Positions 63,472 to 64,000 of a DNA stretch of 64,000 nucleotides are shown here, in pieces (the stretch's first letter is position 1; every line of letters begins with the position of its first letter). The stretch covers positions 1,824,001-1,888,000 of the forward strand of contig CAXXIA010000002.1 of assembly GCA_963666985.2 (NCBI GenBank). Reading direction: 5' to 3'. The stretch is from Spirochaetia bacterium (lineage in GTDB: Bacteria > Spirochaetota > Spirochaetia > DSM-2461). The notes under the pieces were generated by a model, which did no database searches, was not told the DNA's origin, and worked only from the letters and a program-made list of their open reading frames with translations. The translations under genes and the position numbers were made by a program.

Positions 63472-63522
63472 AATTTATTAAGTTATAATTATATAAATCC
63501 TGTAGAAATAGAGGAGTAAAAC

Positions 63523-64000
63523 TTGAAAATTCGAATAGCACCTATTATTGCATTGGCATTCCTTTTATTATCCTGTGCAACTATTGATAATGAACCTCTC
63601 GAAAAAGAATCCATACCAAATGTAGTCTTCACGAATAGTTTTTCTGATATTAGGTCACCAGTAAATGGCAATGTAATTCAAGTCGAGAAAACCGATTCAG
63701 GTGGATTCAATGTTGCAATAGAAACTTCAATTTCATATTGGTATCAGGATTCAGAAAGAGAAGAAAGGATTGGATACAATTTGTTTATATTCAATTTAAG
63801 CGAGGTAGAAGTTTTTGAAGGAGAAATAAGATACGGTGATGTAATCGGTATATCTTCAGATTCAACTTGGCTTTCCGCGTGCGCCGAAAAAATTGATCCT
63901 GCACTAATTCGATACACAAAGAATGAACCTCAAAAAGTAAATGATGTATGGTGGTACTCCCCAGACTGGATTATATCGACAACATTTAAGCCATTTTCCT
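63523..64000 (+). CDS. Hypothetical lipoprotein, runs off the window
   Basis: GAGGAG RBS; TTG start; ALAFLLLSC lipobox; frame open to the window end. Confidence 0.72.
   Translation, partial: MKIRIAPIIALAFLLLSCATIDNEPLEKESIPNVVFTNSFSDIRSPVNGNVIQVEKTDSGGFNVAIETSISYWYQDSEREERIGYNLFIFNLSEVEVFEGEIRYGDVIGISSDSTWLSACAEKIDPALIRYTKNEPQKVNDVWWYSPDWIISTTFKPFS

Noticed and set aside
1..64000. Integron integrase, attI, tRNA or rRNA genes
   Set aside because: No tyrosine-recombinase ORF or recognisable stable RNA gene was seen in the window.

Overview
The whole 64 kb window is the interior of a large chromosomal integron-like gene-cassette array. Lipoprotein signal peptides and a chpIK-like TA pair suggest a spirochaete host, but this is inference. 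Thirty related, unusually long attC-type sites (about 135-275 bp, AAC-AGCTGTTGATGCG...CGCATAMCAGCGGNNC-GTT) separate 0.24-5 kb cassettes whose own two ends are complementary. No integrase or attI is visible. Cargo is rich in known or likely defence genes: a fused SIR2-Argonaute with a phosphatase, an Ec86/St85-type retron with a recognisable msr-msd, IetAS, a NACHT NTPase, a type II RM pair, Mrr, Fic and four TA pairs. There is also a graspetide RiPP cassette with a membrane protein, a cyclase-like/PIN fusion, lipoproteins, a two-component system and two families of repeated ORF-less cassettes. Five copies of an IS481-family element lie in one orientation just past the attC crossover GTT; in the four with intact duplications the target duplication starts exactly 21 bp after the G. 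IS21, two IS3 elements and a MITE are also present.
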